NCBI RefSeq assembly: GCF_001194135.2
Contig: NC_068984.1
Location: 91,580,748-91,644,747 of the forward strand
Reading direction: 5' to 3'
Length of the DNA stretch: 64,000 nucleotides
DNA from: Octopus bimaculoides
Taxonomy: Eukaryota
The notes beneath the pieces are model-generated. The model saw only the letters and a program-made list of their open reading frames with translations. It was not told where the DNA came from and made no database searches. Position numbers and translations under genes: made by a program. Positions 13,714 through 26,769 of the stretch are shown here, in pieces (within the stretch, counting starts at the first letter, position 1; each line of letters begins with the position of its first letter).

Positions 13714-13823
13714 TGCTTTGCAGCTATTAGCAATTAGACTAGCAGTTTTTTTGAAAGATTTTGTTAAATAGTGATTAAAACGTTCAGTTTCATCTTCTTT
13801 AGAACCTAATTGCATAAATTCCC
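13714..13823 (-). CDS. PDSS1: PDSS1 exon (GEFMQLGSKEDETERFNHYLTKSFKKTASLIANSCKA)
   Basis: Near-identical to human GEFLQLGSKENENERFAHYLEKTFKKTASLIANSCKA. TTTTCAG acceptor, GTAAGT donor; 110 nt, phase 1/0. Confidence 0.97.
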
Positions 13824-14154
13824 CTGAAAAAATATGAACCAATTTGCATGCATATAAGATATTATTCAACAATTACCTTCAACAATTCTTAAAATTTCTC
13901 ATTTTTAATTCTCAACATTCCTTAGAATTAATTACCCTGAGAATTACCTTTAACATTATTATTCTTAACATTCCTCATTACTAATTTGTGAAAGGTTACG
14001 ATACTGGATATGTAATATAACGAGCATAAGCTAAAGCCCTATCACAAATGATTACATTGTGTCTTTCAGTCAACAAGATGCCTGATACACTTTATGACAA
14101 AAAGATTGTTCTTAAGAAGATTATCAAATTGTTAATTAAGAATACAAATATTTA

Positions 14155-14790
14155 TTTTTTACTGGTTTCAGTCATTAGACTGTGGCCAAGCTGAGGCACT
14201 TCGAAGAATTTTTAGTTAAATGAATCGATCCCAGTCCTTTTTTGTTAAAGTCTCTTTTGCTGAACTGCTAAGTCACGGGGATGTAAACACACCAGCACCT
14301 GTTGTCAAACAGTGGTGGGGGCGACCAAACACAGACACGTAAAATACATACACACACATATACACGACAGGCTTCTTTCAGTTTCCATCTACCAAATCTA
14401 CTCTTTGGTCGGCCCGAAGCTATAGTAGAAGACAGTTGCCCAAGACGCCATGCAGTGGGACTGAACCCAAAACCATGAGGTTGGGAAACAAACTTCTTAC
14501 CACACAGCCACTCCTGCACCTGATATTAGTATCATTAAAATGTTTTAACACATATGGAGAATTAGTTTAAAAAAAGACATAGGTGCAGGCATGGCTGTGA
14601 AGTTAAGAAGTTTACTTTCCAGCCACATGGTTTCAGATTCAGTCCTACTGGATGGCCTCTTGGGCAAGTATCTTCTACTATAACTTTGGGCCAACCAAAG
14701 CCTTGTGAGTAGATCTGGTAACGGGAACTGAAAGCCAGTCAAATAAATGTACAAGTGAGTGTGTGTAGTTCTCCTTGTCTTGATATAGTG
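14155..14790. mobile_element. Head-to-head pair of SINEs (minus 14155-14521, plus 14581-14790)
   Basis: Both copies start aggtgcagg..ggctgtg in opposite orientation, separated by a 59-bp spacer. Confidence 0.85.
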
Positions 14791-15205
14791 TGACAGTTGT
14801 GAGAGTCCTTTTTTTATATTCTGCAAGAACATATCCGGTTATGGGGAGATATTATTTTGCTTAGAAACAGGTAAGGGTTGGCAATAAAAAGGGCAACTGG
14901 CCATAGAATACCTGCCTCAATAAAATTTATCCAATCCATACAAGCATGGAAAAGTGGATGATGATGAAAGAACAGTTGTATAATATTCTGTGTGCTTACA
15001 TTATTTGCAAGATCTATATTGAATCTCATAAGTTACAAATTTGAGAAAGTGGAAAAAAAAAATTGCAAAACAAAATCACTACCAATAACTAAATTATTAT
15101 AATCCATATGAAGTTGATATGTTATCATTTAAATACTGTGAAATATACACTTACATACAGAGCAACTAAAATTTAAGCACAATTTATCACATGTAATAAC
15201 CTTAC

Positions 15206-15317
15206 CTTTTACTAAGTCTTCTATAACACATGAAATAACAGATATAACATATTCATTTTTGAGCTTGGCTAAAGCTGATGATGCACTCCCAAGTATGAAA
15301 TTTCCAGCAAATACTGC
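15206..15317 (-). CDS. PDSS1: PDSS1 exon (AVFAGNFILGSASSALAKLKNEYVISVISCVIEDLVK-G)
   Basis: Matches human AVLAGDLILSAASIALARIGNTTVISILTQVIEDLVRG. CAG acceptor, G|GTAAG donor; 112 nt, phase 0/1. Confidence 0.97.
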
Positions 15318-15351
15318 CTGTAAAATAAATAATAAATTATGTGTAAATGTC

Positions 15352-15386
<35 letters not shown>

Positions 15387-15495
15387 TACTTGTACCCGAT
15401 TTAGCACCACTGAATGCAAAATTTTATAGTCAATCATAAATGGATTATGTTTAATATATTTCACTCTAATTTAGGAGACAGAGTGTGAGTGTGTA

Positions 15496-15557
<62 letters not shown>

Positions 15558-15579
15558 ATAAGTGCGAAAACGAATGTCA

Positions 15580-16430
15580 GTGTGTCACACTTTTTCAACT
15601 TTACTCCTCCGATCCCCTCTCTCACTATTCAATGACACTTCTACTTTTCTTCATGCTTTACCCATCTTTCTCACTATTCAATGGTACTTCTACTATTTCT
15701 CATGCTTTACCCCTCTCTCGCTATTCAACGACATTTCTAACTGTATCAAGTAATTTAACCATAACATGTACTTCATAACGTTTGGAACTGAAATATGTAT
15801 TGAACTCATTCTCTCATAACTCTCTACCATAAAAAAGTTGGAAACTTAGTATTTTTTCAGATATTAATAAAATTTGTCAGACCTATTTTCATGCCGTTGG
15901 AGCTATGGAAACTTAGTGCACCCCGACTGAATGAAAATAAATTCAATTAATTTTATTATTACTTTAAAAAATACTAATTCTATTCTCTAAAAAAGTTTCT
16001 TTCTTAATCCTAACATTTTGAAAAAAATCTGTCTCTAAATATTATAACTGTATCAAGTAATTTAACCATAACACTACTCTCTAAAATGTTTTTTCTTAAT
16101 CCTAATATTTTGAAAAAAATATTTCTCTAAATATTATAACTATTTCCAAAATAAACAGTTTGAAAAAAACTCTCTATATATTATAACTGTATCAAGTAAT
16201 TTAACCATAACATGCTTCATAACGTTTGGAACTGAAATACACATTGAACTCACTTTCTCATACAATATTACATCTCATAACTCTCTACCATAAAAATGTT
16301 GGAAACCTAGTACGTTTTCAGATATCAATAAAATTTGTTGGACCTATTTTCATGTCATTGGCCGTTGGAGCTATGGAAACTTAGCACACTCTGACTGCAT
16401 GAAAATAGATTCGACTAATTATATTATTTC
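15580..16430. repeat. Complex tandem array: ~45-bp unit x3, then ~220-250-bp unit x2 plus partial copies
   Basis: ctcactattcaatg... repeated at 15620-15730. aactgtatcaagtaatttaaccataac at about 15739, 16046 and 16185, with long copies at about 15737-15959 and 16184-16428. Confidence 0.8.
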
Positions 16431-17002
16431 CTTAAACAAATACGAAATTTCAAATACCTTTATGGTCAAATATGTTTAGAGCAATTCCAAACCATAAAAA
16501 TCACTCTTTAAAATAGTGTTTAGCAACAGTGGTGTAATTTTCCTTCAAACTATAAACAGGAGTTTGGATATGTACCAGCTACTATAAATAATTGTCTGAA
16601 TGAAAAGTAAGGCCCTACGTACATCAAATTGTCTTTAGATTAAGTGGCAGCAAAAGAATTATTGTTGAACTTTTAAAAGGTAAGTTTATTGTTGCCTATG
16701 GCTAGCTATAATTTGGTTGTTCAAGGGTAGGGAATGGAAACAAGCTAGTTGTACTGACCCTGAATGGGAAGACAAAAAATGTTTATCATGCAGCTTTGCA
16801 ATAAGTTCCAATCGACAAATTATTGTTTCAATGAAAATTGTTCATTGCTGGAAAAATATTGCTCAAGTTTAATAAAATTTAATATCTACTCAATTGCTTG
16901 AAGTGTCACTGTTGGGCCCAAGGCTCAATGAAGAGCCCTCCACAGGAGCTAGCTTAAAAACCACCCTGTTGCGCAGCTTTTAAGCTAGTGTGTGTATATA
17001 TA

Positions 17003-18228
17003 CAAGGGTTGGACAAAATAATGGAAACACTTAGCATCATAATTTTGAAATACCTATAAGACCATCAAAAGCTTGTTTATTTTTATGTTTCAAATTGCTG
17101 TTTCCTTTCAGATATCAGAAAAAGGTAATTAAAATTCATTAAAATAACAGATCTATTGGACTTTCAAACAGGTCAAATTGTTGGTGCTCGTATGGCAGGC
17201 ATGAGCATAACGTAAACAGCGGAAATGTTCAGTGTATCAAGAAGTACTGTCTCGAAAGTAATGACAGCCATTGAGAAAGAGGGAAAAACTTCTTCGTCGA
17301 AACAAAACTCCGAAGAAAACCAAAACTTTCAGATTGGGACTGTCAGACTCTTACGCGAAAATTACTGCAGAACTTAATGACCACCTTGAGAACCCAGTTT
17401 CCACAAAAACTATTTGCCAGGAGCTGCACAAAGCTGGATTTCACGAGAGGACTGCAATCAGAAAGCCACTACTTTCAAAAACAAATGTTAAAAAGCATTT
17501 AGANNNNNNNNNNNNNNNNNNNNNNNNNNNNNNNNNNNNNNNNNNNNNNNNNNNNNNNNNNNNNNNNNNNNNNNNNNNNNNNNNNNNNNNNNNNNNNNNN
17601 NNNNNNNNNNNNNNNNNNNNNNNNNNNNNNNNNNNNNNNNNNNNNNNNNNNNNNNNNNNNNNNNNNNNNNNNNNNNNNNNNNNNNNNNNNNNNNNNNNNN
17701 NNNNNNNNNNNNNNNNNNNNNNNNNNNNNNNNNNNNNNNNNNNNNNNNNNNNNNGGCCCAAAGGTTTCCCTTCATGGCAGAATTAATAGTCAAGACTATT
17801 TAAGCATTTTATCTGATCAAATTCATCCTATGGTTGCGGAACTGTTTCTGGAGGGAAACGCAATCTTTCAGGATGATAATGCACCAATTCACACAGCTAA
17901 AGTTGTTACTGAATGGCACGAGGAACATTCTAGTGAAGTTGAACATCTTATCTGGCCATCACAGTCCCCAGATCTCAATATTATTGAACATTTATGGTGC
18001 ATTTTAGAAAAACAAGTAAGGAGTCAATATCCTCCACCATCATCACTACAAGAACTGGAGACTGTTTTAGCTGAAGAATGGACACATATTCCTTTGGAAA
18101 TAATTCAAACTTTGTATGAGTCCATAACTTGTAGAATTCAAGCTGTAATTACTGCCAAAGATGGTCCTCATATTAAAATAAATTTGTTTGAAATTTTAAG
18201 GTGTTTCCATTATTTTGTCCAACCCCTG
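17003..18228 (+). mobile_element. Tc1-like (DD34E) transposon with both TIRs, spanning an N gap
   Basis: 28-bp TIRs caagggttggacaaaataatggaaacac / gtgtttccattattttgtccaacccctg (27/28 match), TA on both flanks. HTH region FQTGQIVGARMAG..SRSTVSKV; catalytic FQDDNAPIH...SPDLNIIEHLW. Confidence 0.95.
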
Positions 18229-18639
18229 TATATATAGTAAGCAGGAAAACAGACAGGCTGCTACATTTTCATGAAATGATTCTGTTTAGTATGTAGCAGA
18301 AGTGTAGGTAGAAATTCCATATGATGTATATAGTGCAAACCATGGATTTATTAGAAGTTCAATGGAATCATAGGAAGGTTAACAGAGAAAGTAGACTTTG
18401 TTCATGGCAAATGCACAGCAATATTAAACACAAAGAACATGCAGGAAATAGATTTTCCTCAAATGACCAGCAGTGTCCCTAGAAGTAGCAGATACTTTCT
18501 GTTATCCAAGCAAGCTAATTAGCTGTGGAGGAATAAGTTCTGAAAGTATAGTAGGTAAAATAAAATATGGCCTGATAATGTTTAGACAAATATTACATTT
18601 GTTGGTAACAAGGAGCCCCTCTCTCAGAGTGTAGAGTAG

Positions 18640-19750
18640 ATTGTATGGTGCTTATGTATGAACAGTGATGTTATATGGTAGCAAAATGCAGGTTGTGAAT
18701 GCAGAGGACATGCAAAAACCCAAAAGAAATGAAGCAAGCATGCTCTGTTGGATATGTTATGTTAGTATGCAAGTACAACAAAGTGGTAATATGTTGACAG
18801 AAAAACCGGACATAAGAAGATTCAGATATAGCGTGCAAGAGGAGAAGACTGTGCTAGTATGAACATGTGATGTAGATGGATGAGGACAGATGTGAAAAAT
18901 GTTGATTGCTAAATGCAGATACAACCTGTGGGAGAAGGAGATCCAGGAAGATGTGGAATGAAGTAATGGAGATTGACCTCAGGATGTTGAGCATTTCATT
19001 TCTGAGGAAATGAGAAAGAGCCAAGATGACTGGTGATTTGCTGTGCTCAAGAAAAGTCATCCATTTCTGCCCTGCTCCCAAGAAAAGTGGTACTTAGAGT
19101 ATATAATTTATGTTTATGCCCCTGCAATGAATCTACATCTGTCAAGCCTTCTCCACAATTCAACCTTCTAAATCTCATCCCTCTATCAATCTTTTTTAAA
19201 CTACAGCATATTTGCTCAGCTGCTATAAGTATATGAAAGTAGAAATGCATATATTTTGTTCCTTACTACATTATTTTCCCCTGAACACCCTCTCATATCT
19301 ACCATTGATGGTCTGTTACTGTTCATCCCTCCTTTGCCCTCAATTTCATATCATCTCCCTATTTCTCATTTAAGGTTTTATTATACTGCTGTGCTTCACC
19401 CTCTAATGTACTGCAACTTATCACCTCCTCCCCACTAACTTGTTCCTATTTCCTTCACCTTCTCCTCCAAACTGATAGTCAACACTGACCACACTTCCAC
19501 CTACATTAACCATTTACTGCATTCTCCTCTATCTCCATCTCTAATTATCTGTGACTCTCGTTTCACACTCTCAAGAACTTACCAATCCACTTTCCTAATT
19601 CTCTGTCCCTATTCTCTCTTATATTCACCTTCCTGTACTATGAGAGTATGTGCTGACAACTTGTCACCATTGTTTCTTTCTAGCCAGGGTATCACCTCTA
19701 CAGCAAGACACTTGTACCAATCCTTCAATCATACTTTGGCTTCTCAGCAT
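18640..19750 (+). mobile_element. Old RTE C-terminal fragment followed by a pyrimidine-rich tail
   Basis: MLYGSKMQVVNAEDMQK..RNEASMLCW resembles the younger RTE copies. A similar fragment-plus-tail unit occurs inverted at about 63300-64000. Confidence 0.7.
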
Positions 19751-20542
19751 CTGGTATAATGCAATGTCCCTTAATACTACATCACCACTCAATCATGGGG
19801 TTTTGTGAGTTACTTGGTGACTTCACTAGCAATAGAGCCTTGAAAAAAGCACCCAGTACACTCTGAAGAGTGGTTGGCTTGATGCGGACCTCTACATCAA
19901 ATTCTTGTCAAACTGTCCAACCCATGCCCACATGGAAGATTGATGTTAAATGATAATGATGACCATGATGATGATATAGAGACTTTTAAGGGAAATTCTT
20001 GTAAATCACATTGGGGACAAATACATTACTTTTAAATATCTGCCTTAATAATATTTGTTCATCAAAGCAGTGAATGTATCACTGATTAATAGTAATGACA
20101 TTTTATTTACTAACTCATAAAGGAAGGCCTCCTACTCTTTGAAATATTGCAGGTAACATTTTTCCAAATAAGGTTTGGAAGTAATAAAAATATTAGTTAA
20201 CATCTTTCAAGTGTAACACAAATATTAAAATATCAATCTAACAATTTTTATTAACTAACACTAATATTTTATTCTTTTTTAAAATTCTTTTTACTTGTTT
20301 CAGTCATTTGACAGCCAACCATGCTGGAACACCGCCAGGGTGTTTGTCAAAGAAATGACCTCAAGACCTATTCTTTCTAAGCCTAGTACTTATTCTATTG
20401 GTCTCTTTTCCCGAACTACCAAGTTACGGTGACATAAACATGGGCATCAGTTGTCAAGCAATAACAGGGGGAACAAACATGAACACATACACATAAATAT
20501 ATACATACATATATATATATATATATATACATACATATATAT

Positions 20543-20581
<39 letters not shown>

Positions 20582-20649
20582 CATATATATATACATACAT
20601 ATATATATACATACATATATATATACATACATATATATANNNNNNNNNN

Positions 20650-21768
20650 GGCCATTTTTTCCAGAATGTTGAATATAACATGGATAAAAAGTAAATTTGC
20701 ACAATTTTCTTATTCCAGTTCAAGCTAGGCCGAAAAGCTGCTGAAACAGCTCGCGATATCAACGATGTGTTTGGCCCAGGAACCACTAATGAATGTATAG
20801 CACAATGGTGGTTCAAGAAATTTCGTAGCAGTGACAAGAGTCTTGAAGGTGATAAGCGAAGTGGTTGGCCATCAGATGTTGACAACGATCAACTAAGAGC
20901 CTTAGTCGAAGCCAATCCACGCACAACTTTTTGAGACCTTGCTTCTGAATTAGACGTAATGTATATGACAATTTCCAACCATTTGAAAGAGATTGGAAAA
21001 ACAAAAATACTTGAGAAATCGGTGCCACACAAATTGAACGTCAACCCCAAAAAAAACCCGCCGTTTGCCGTTTTGAAGTGCTGTCTTCCTTCCTTTTACG
21101 CAACAGGAACAACCCGTTTCTCAACTGAATTGTGACTTGCAATGAAAAGTGGATTCTTTACAACAACCAGCGATGCTCAGCTCAGTGGTTGAATGCCAAT
21201 GAATCTCCACGGCACTTCCTGAAGCCAAAGTTGCACCAAAAGAAGGTCATGGTGACTGTTTGGTGGTCTGCGGCTTTTTTGGTTCCAGGCGAAATCATTA
21301 CGGCGGAGAAGTACTGTCAGCAAATGGATGAAATGCATAAGAAACTCCGACAACAACAGTCAGCATTGGTCAATAGAAAAGGACCAATTCTTCTCCACAA
21401 CAACGCTTGGCCGCATGTCGCACAACTGACCCTGCAGAAGTTGAATGAATTGGGCTATGAAACTCTGCCTCATCCGCCATACTCACCAGACCTCTCGCCT
21501 ACCGACTACCACTTTTTCAAGTATCTCGACAATTTCCTGCGTGAGAAATACTTAAAACACCAAGACGATGTCAAACACGCCTTCAACGACTTCATTACCA
21601 CTAGAACCCAGGATTTTTATGCTACTGGCATGAATAAACTTGTTTCATGTTGGCAAAAGTGTGTTGATTCTGATGGTGTTTATTTCGATTAATAAAGCTT
21701 TTTTGAGCTGAGATATGTGCATCCGAATTTAAAGGTTAAAAACCGCAAGAACTTTCTTGACAACCTAA
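20650..21768 (+). mobile_element. Mariner (Hsmar1/SETMAR-like) transposon, inactivated
   Basis: MDKK*ICTIFLFQFKLGRKAAETARDIN..., VTCNEKWILYNN, LLHNNAWPH, PYSPDLSPTDYHFF (two catalytic D read as N). Right TIR aaccgcaagaactttcttgacaacctaa followed by TA; the left end is lost at the N gap. Confidence 0.95.
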
Positions 21769-22891
21769 TATATATGACAGGTTTCTTTCAGTTTCTCTCT
21801 ACAAAATCCACAAGGCACTGGTTGGCCTGGGGCTATAGTAGAAGATGCCCAAGGTGCCGTGCAGTGGGACTGAACCTGGAACCATGTGGTTGGGAAGCAA
21901 GTTTCTTACCACACAGCCATGCCTGTGCCTAGCAAGCTTCTTACCACACAACCATATAGAAACTGAACTTTTAGAAATATCTGTACTCTGCATGATGGAT
22001 ATAATTTTATTTTCCTACAATGAAAAATACTACATTAAGACTGCATTATCAATTGACTTTAAACAATTTCTAAGTAATTCAAATAACTTCTATAGTTTCA
22101 CTTTTTAGGATCTCAACAAATGTTACAAAAAATGTATTTGAAGCTTTGATTTTTATCTTGTGACTTTTACTAAAACTACCAATTTTATATCACCCATGCA
22201 AAGATTTAGATGTTTTTGCAAATTCAACAATCCCATACATTTATAAAATATCAAAATGTGATTAGCATTTTAATACTTAAGTTATCCTTTAAAGAATCCT
22301 CAAATCTAACTGGAAAAAGTGCTGCCTGCAATATTTAAAAGTTAGGTTCCTGTAACTTAGCAGTTTGGCAAAAGAGACCGATAGAATAAGTGTGAGACTT
22401 AAAAAAAGGTACTGTTGTTGATTTGTTCAACAAAAAGTCCTTCAAGGAAGTGCCCTAGCATGGCCACAGTCTAATGACTGAAACAAATAAATGATAAATT
22501 CTTCAATTTATTTATTTTGCTGCTTCAAATACATCTTAAGTTTGGTCTTATCACCTCTAACTTTGGAGATACAGCATACCCCATGATGTACCCACTTGTG
22601 CACTGAAACAAGGGACCTCAAAATGCCCTTTACATTTTAGGATCTTAGAAGTTAGACCTATTTTTTAATCTAGTTGAATCCCTAATTAATTAATGAGCTG
22701 CTATTCTGATACAAAAATAACAAGAATACTAATGCCATGACAATATTATATGCTTCTGAATGAAATACTTATATTTCATTACAAAAACTTAGAGTGCAGC
22801 ACTATAATAAAATCTATAGCAATTGTAATACAGAAATAAAGATGAAACATGTAATTGGTTTATCCTTGCATGTTTTTGGATTTAGATACAT

Positions 22892-22970
22892 CATCATCGT
22901 TTAACGTCCGCTTTCCATGCTAGCATGGGTTGGACGATTTGACTGAGGACTGGTGAAACCGGATGGCAAC
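22892..22970 (-). mobile_element. Young, severely 5'-truncated RTE-tail insertion with probable 6-bp TSD (ATACAT)
   Basis: About 70 bp identical to the copy at about 27920-27990, CpGs intact. ATACAT at 22886-22891 and 22971-22976. Confidence 0.7.
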
Positions 22971-23069
22971 ATACATGATACAATAAAAATTATTTTGTTT
23001 CCATGAATCATTTTGTAAAATAAAACTGTACATTACATAATCTAAATCACAAAAGCAAAAAAGAATTAC

Positions 23070-23208
23070 CTTACGCTCACCCCACACAGCTTTCACACTT
23101 GGCTTTCCTCGCCGTATGTCTGATTGGTCTATAACATCATCATGCATGAGGCTGGCTATATGAATCATTTCCGAGATCATGGCTATCACATATTGTGAAT
23201 GAAGGATA
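23070..23208 (-). CDS. PDSS1: PDSS1 exon with first Asp-rich motif (ILHSQYVIAMISEMIHIASLMHDDVIDQSDIRRGKPSVKAVWGERK)
   Basis: FARM DDxxD plus RRG of trans-prenyltransferases. Acceptor TTTATTCTTTAG, donor AAG|GTAATT; 139 nt, phase 2/0. Confidence 0.97.
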
Positions 23209-23303
23209 CTAAAGAATAAAAGAGATCACAAAAGCATAAAAAAATAAATAGTGGCTCTACACATTATGTTTACATATATGGCACCAAAGATATAATTGTT
23301 CTA

Positions 23304-24206
23304 CGAGGTCTGATCAATAAGTATCCGGATTGTTGCCATAGTAACGAAGCTAAAGCATGCAGAGTAAAGCCGCTTGGCAAAGATTGACCTTGAACTCTGC
23401 TGTGCATGTGCACTAAGTTTTAACTTTCTAGCTCACTTCTGCTGTTTACAACAGTGCTTGGAAGGAAGGTGTGTAGCATGTGATCGTCGCATTGACCATG
23501 AAAGAGAAAGTTGTCATGGCAATACCTGCTCAGAGGCCTATGCAAGGTTGTAGAAAGTATATGGAGAGGAGTATATGAGCTGTACACAAGTATATGAGTG
23601 GTTCAGACGTTTTCAAGATGGCCAAAAAAATGTTGATATTGATGATCGTTCTGGGAGACCTGCAACCAGTAGAACCGAGAAAAACATTGCAGATGTGTGT
23701 GCAGGTGTGATGGGAAATCAGGAAATCACCAAATCAACGTCTGTGAATTATCAGAGGATGTACAGATTAGTTACATTTCAGTTCAGTCCATTATCACTGA
23801 AGATTTGGGTATGAGACGCGTGTCTGCCAAGTTTGTACCAAAACTGCTTTTAGCTGACCAAAAAGACACTCAAGTTTCAGTTGCACAAGATACCCTTGAT
23901 TGTGCCGAGAATGATGAAAACGTTTTGAAAACTTTGCATAGGCCTCTGAGCAGGTATTGCCAAGCTTTTGGTAAAAGTTGATGCAGATTTTCTACTCAAC
24001 TTTCTCTGTCATGGTCAATGCGATGATCACACGTTACACACCTTCCTTCCAAGCACTGCTGTAAACAGCAGAAGTGAGCCAGAACATTAAAACTTAGTGC
24101 ACATGCACAGCAGAGTTCAGGGTCAATCTGTGCCAAGCGGCTTCACTCTGCATGCTTTAGCTTTGTTACTATGGCAACAGTCCAAATACTTACTGATCAG
24201 ACTACG
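23304..24206 (+). mobile_element. Non-autonomous mariner derivative with ~210-bp inverted arms
   Basis: Arms 23304-23513 and 23997-24206, TA on both flanks. The interior holds the transposase N-terminus (QVYEWFRRFQDG..DDRSGRPATS, LGMRRVSAKFVPKLL). Confidence 0.92.
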
Positions 24207-26635
24207 TATATTTTCTAACATGTTGATAAAATCACTACTAATAGAAAAGCTGGATGATATACTTCTTGTAAACAATTTAACAGCATAGTTCACACTTGAA
24301 TATTTGATACTTCTGTTAGATTTTAGAACTAATATATGTCTCTTGGTTTGTGTTAATGATTTTCTGTATTTTAACTATAAAAAAAAATGCTTTAACAAAA
24401 CTTTCAAGCCAAAAGAAACGTATAAAGAATGATATTTTGCAAACAAAAAACTTGCAGTTGGGAAAATACTTTCAGTAGCAAACAAAGAAATAGAATTCAA
24501 ATGCAACAGAAAAACTTTGAATCTGTGAAAACCAAGACTACAACCTATCAAATGTCTAGCAAAATTCTAGAATGTGCACAGGTACATACACAGGAAAAAA
24601 TTACATGAGGTGAGGAGATGCACTCAGCTAAGATATAACCCATTTTCAATATTATTTTTTAATTTTTTATAATGCAAAATGTAGTTTCAGTTCATAAGTT
24701 ATAGAACAATAATTGTCAGTTATTCATTGGTATAAATATTCTCTCATTCATCTGTCTTCCCATTTCTTTAAAGTCCATCAGAATAAACTATACTGTGACA
24801 TGGAGATAACTTCATTCTCAGACAGCTCTTTGTATCCTACCTTTGCCTACCTACATAACTGAAGCAATCTTAGACTGGTAATATTAACTCTTTGATAGCT
24901 AACCACTTCTCTACATCATACAGAATGCATGGCATCTTAATTGTAGTGAAGGCATCTATCTAACAAATTTCAGTTCTCCAAAGAAACTCATTGAGTAGTA
25001 TCTCTGAATAAAGGGTGATCAGTGGAGAGCAGACAACCACTCTAATGCCAGGAGTATGATAAAATGTATCCAGTCAGTACTATAAAGTGGTTGGTGATAT
25101 GAAGGATACCAAACTATAAATACATGACATCCAAAGCAACAAAGTTGGCTAAATTTTTCTGTGTGCCAGATGATGAGATAGGCTGATGAATGGCAAGACA
25201 AGAGAATGGAAATGATGATGATGAAGATGACTGATGATTACAATGGTTATAATGATGTTGCAGACTACACAGTAGGTTGCCTAACAATGTGGCAGGTTGT
25301 ACCAGGTTACATATTACCAGTGGCACTAAGAGTGACCTGACAATAGTTTGCCTGCAATCACTGAGCTGTGTATGCAACTACTTATTTTCTTGCTCAGGAG
25401 CCCAGGTGAAGAGTAAAGTTAAACACAAGGGCCCAAGTCTGAGAGGGTTAATGCAAATATATTTGTATAATTTTTTGCATACTGAAGTTAATACTACATG
25501 GAAAAGGTTACAAAACAACTTTAATCATAAGGAAGTCATATAGCTAAATAAATCTACCTTCACCTCTCACAACTGCTTTACTTTATGCAATATATATCTC
25601 TCACTGAATAATTGATCATTTGGATTTTTCTGGATTTTCAGTTACACAGACTTCTGGAATGCACACACACACAAATACATCATCATTATCACCCTTTTAA
25701 TGTGTACTTATCCATACTCACATAGGTTGGATGGAAATTGTAGAGATGGATTTTCTACAGCCAGATGCCCTTTCTATTGCCAACCCTCACCTGTTTCTAA
25801 GTAACATCACTAGCATGATGGTGATACTTGTTTTACAATGTGATGACAAGGCAAGTAGACATAACACACACACACACATATACAATAGGCTTCTTTCATA
25901 CTCTTATCTACCAAATCCACCCAGAAAGCTTTAGTCAATCTGGGGCTACAGCAGAAGACACTTGCCCAAGGTTCCACACAGTGGGACTGAACCCAGAACC
26001 ATGTAGTTGGGAAGCAAACTTCTTACCACACAACCATACCATATAGAAATGTGTGTGAATGTGTGTATATATAATGGGCAAGAATACATAAAAAAAAACA
26101 ACAGACACAGAGAATTAGTGTTCAAACCAGACAAGATATGTAAAATCTAATGCTGATTGAAGGGACAGAATCCAGGGAAAGAGTTGGCTACAGGCAATGT
26201 ACCAGTTGAGCTTATGAAAGTACAATAAAATAAAATATAGGCAGGCAGTTGTTAATGGCTTCAAAGCATAAAATAGTTATACAGGAGTATGGAAAATATA
26301 TATATATAATTAAGCAGAAATGCAAAAAAATCAAGAAAGCAAGAGTTCATAGAATTCTTCATAGATAGGTATATATCTTCAAAGTTCATACTCAAACCTC
26401 ACAAATAGGACAGTGGATAATATAGTAACCCTTTACAATTGTGTTCAGTAAGTGCTGTATTGTGCATCATGTGTATATGTACATGATGTAGATTGGTGTT
26501 AGCAAATGTATATGAAATAACACAATAAATGAATTTTGTCTATCCCATGCAAAAGTAGACATTAAAAAAAAATGAAGAGAAAAATAAAATTTCATGGAAA
26601 TTTTTGCAATAAATATTTAAATATAATTAACTCAC

Positions 26636-26769
26636 GTTGAATCACCAATATGGTGAAAATTACATGATTTTGCCATGAGCATGACTGTCATGGGTCGCAG
26701 AGATTTGCCCCTGCCATCCAAATGGTAGTGTGCAATTTCCTGAAGGTCTGGATGGATTGTATAAATTAA
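26636..26769 (-). CDS. PDSS1: PDSS1 exon (LIYTIHPDLQEIAHYHLDGRGKSLRPMTVMLMAKSCNFHHIGDS)
   Basis: Manual translation (not in the ORF track). Matches human ELKEMSEYYFDGKGKAFRPIIVALMARACNIHH. Acceptor TTTTATGTTGCAG, donor GTGAG; 134 nt, phase 0/2. Confidence 0.95.

Noticed and set aside
22920-23189. ORF track entry read as a stand-alone 89-aa protein
   Set aside because: Only 23070-23208 is exon; the rest is read-through into the intron past a clear GT donor. The same applies to 15129-15464, 13636-13872 and 30993-31247.
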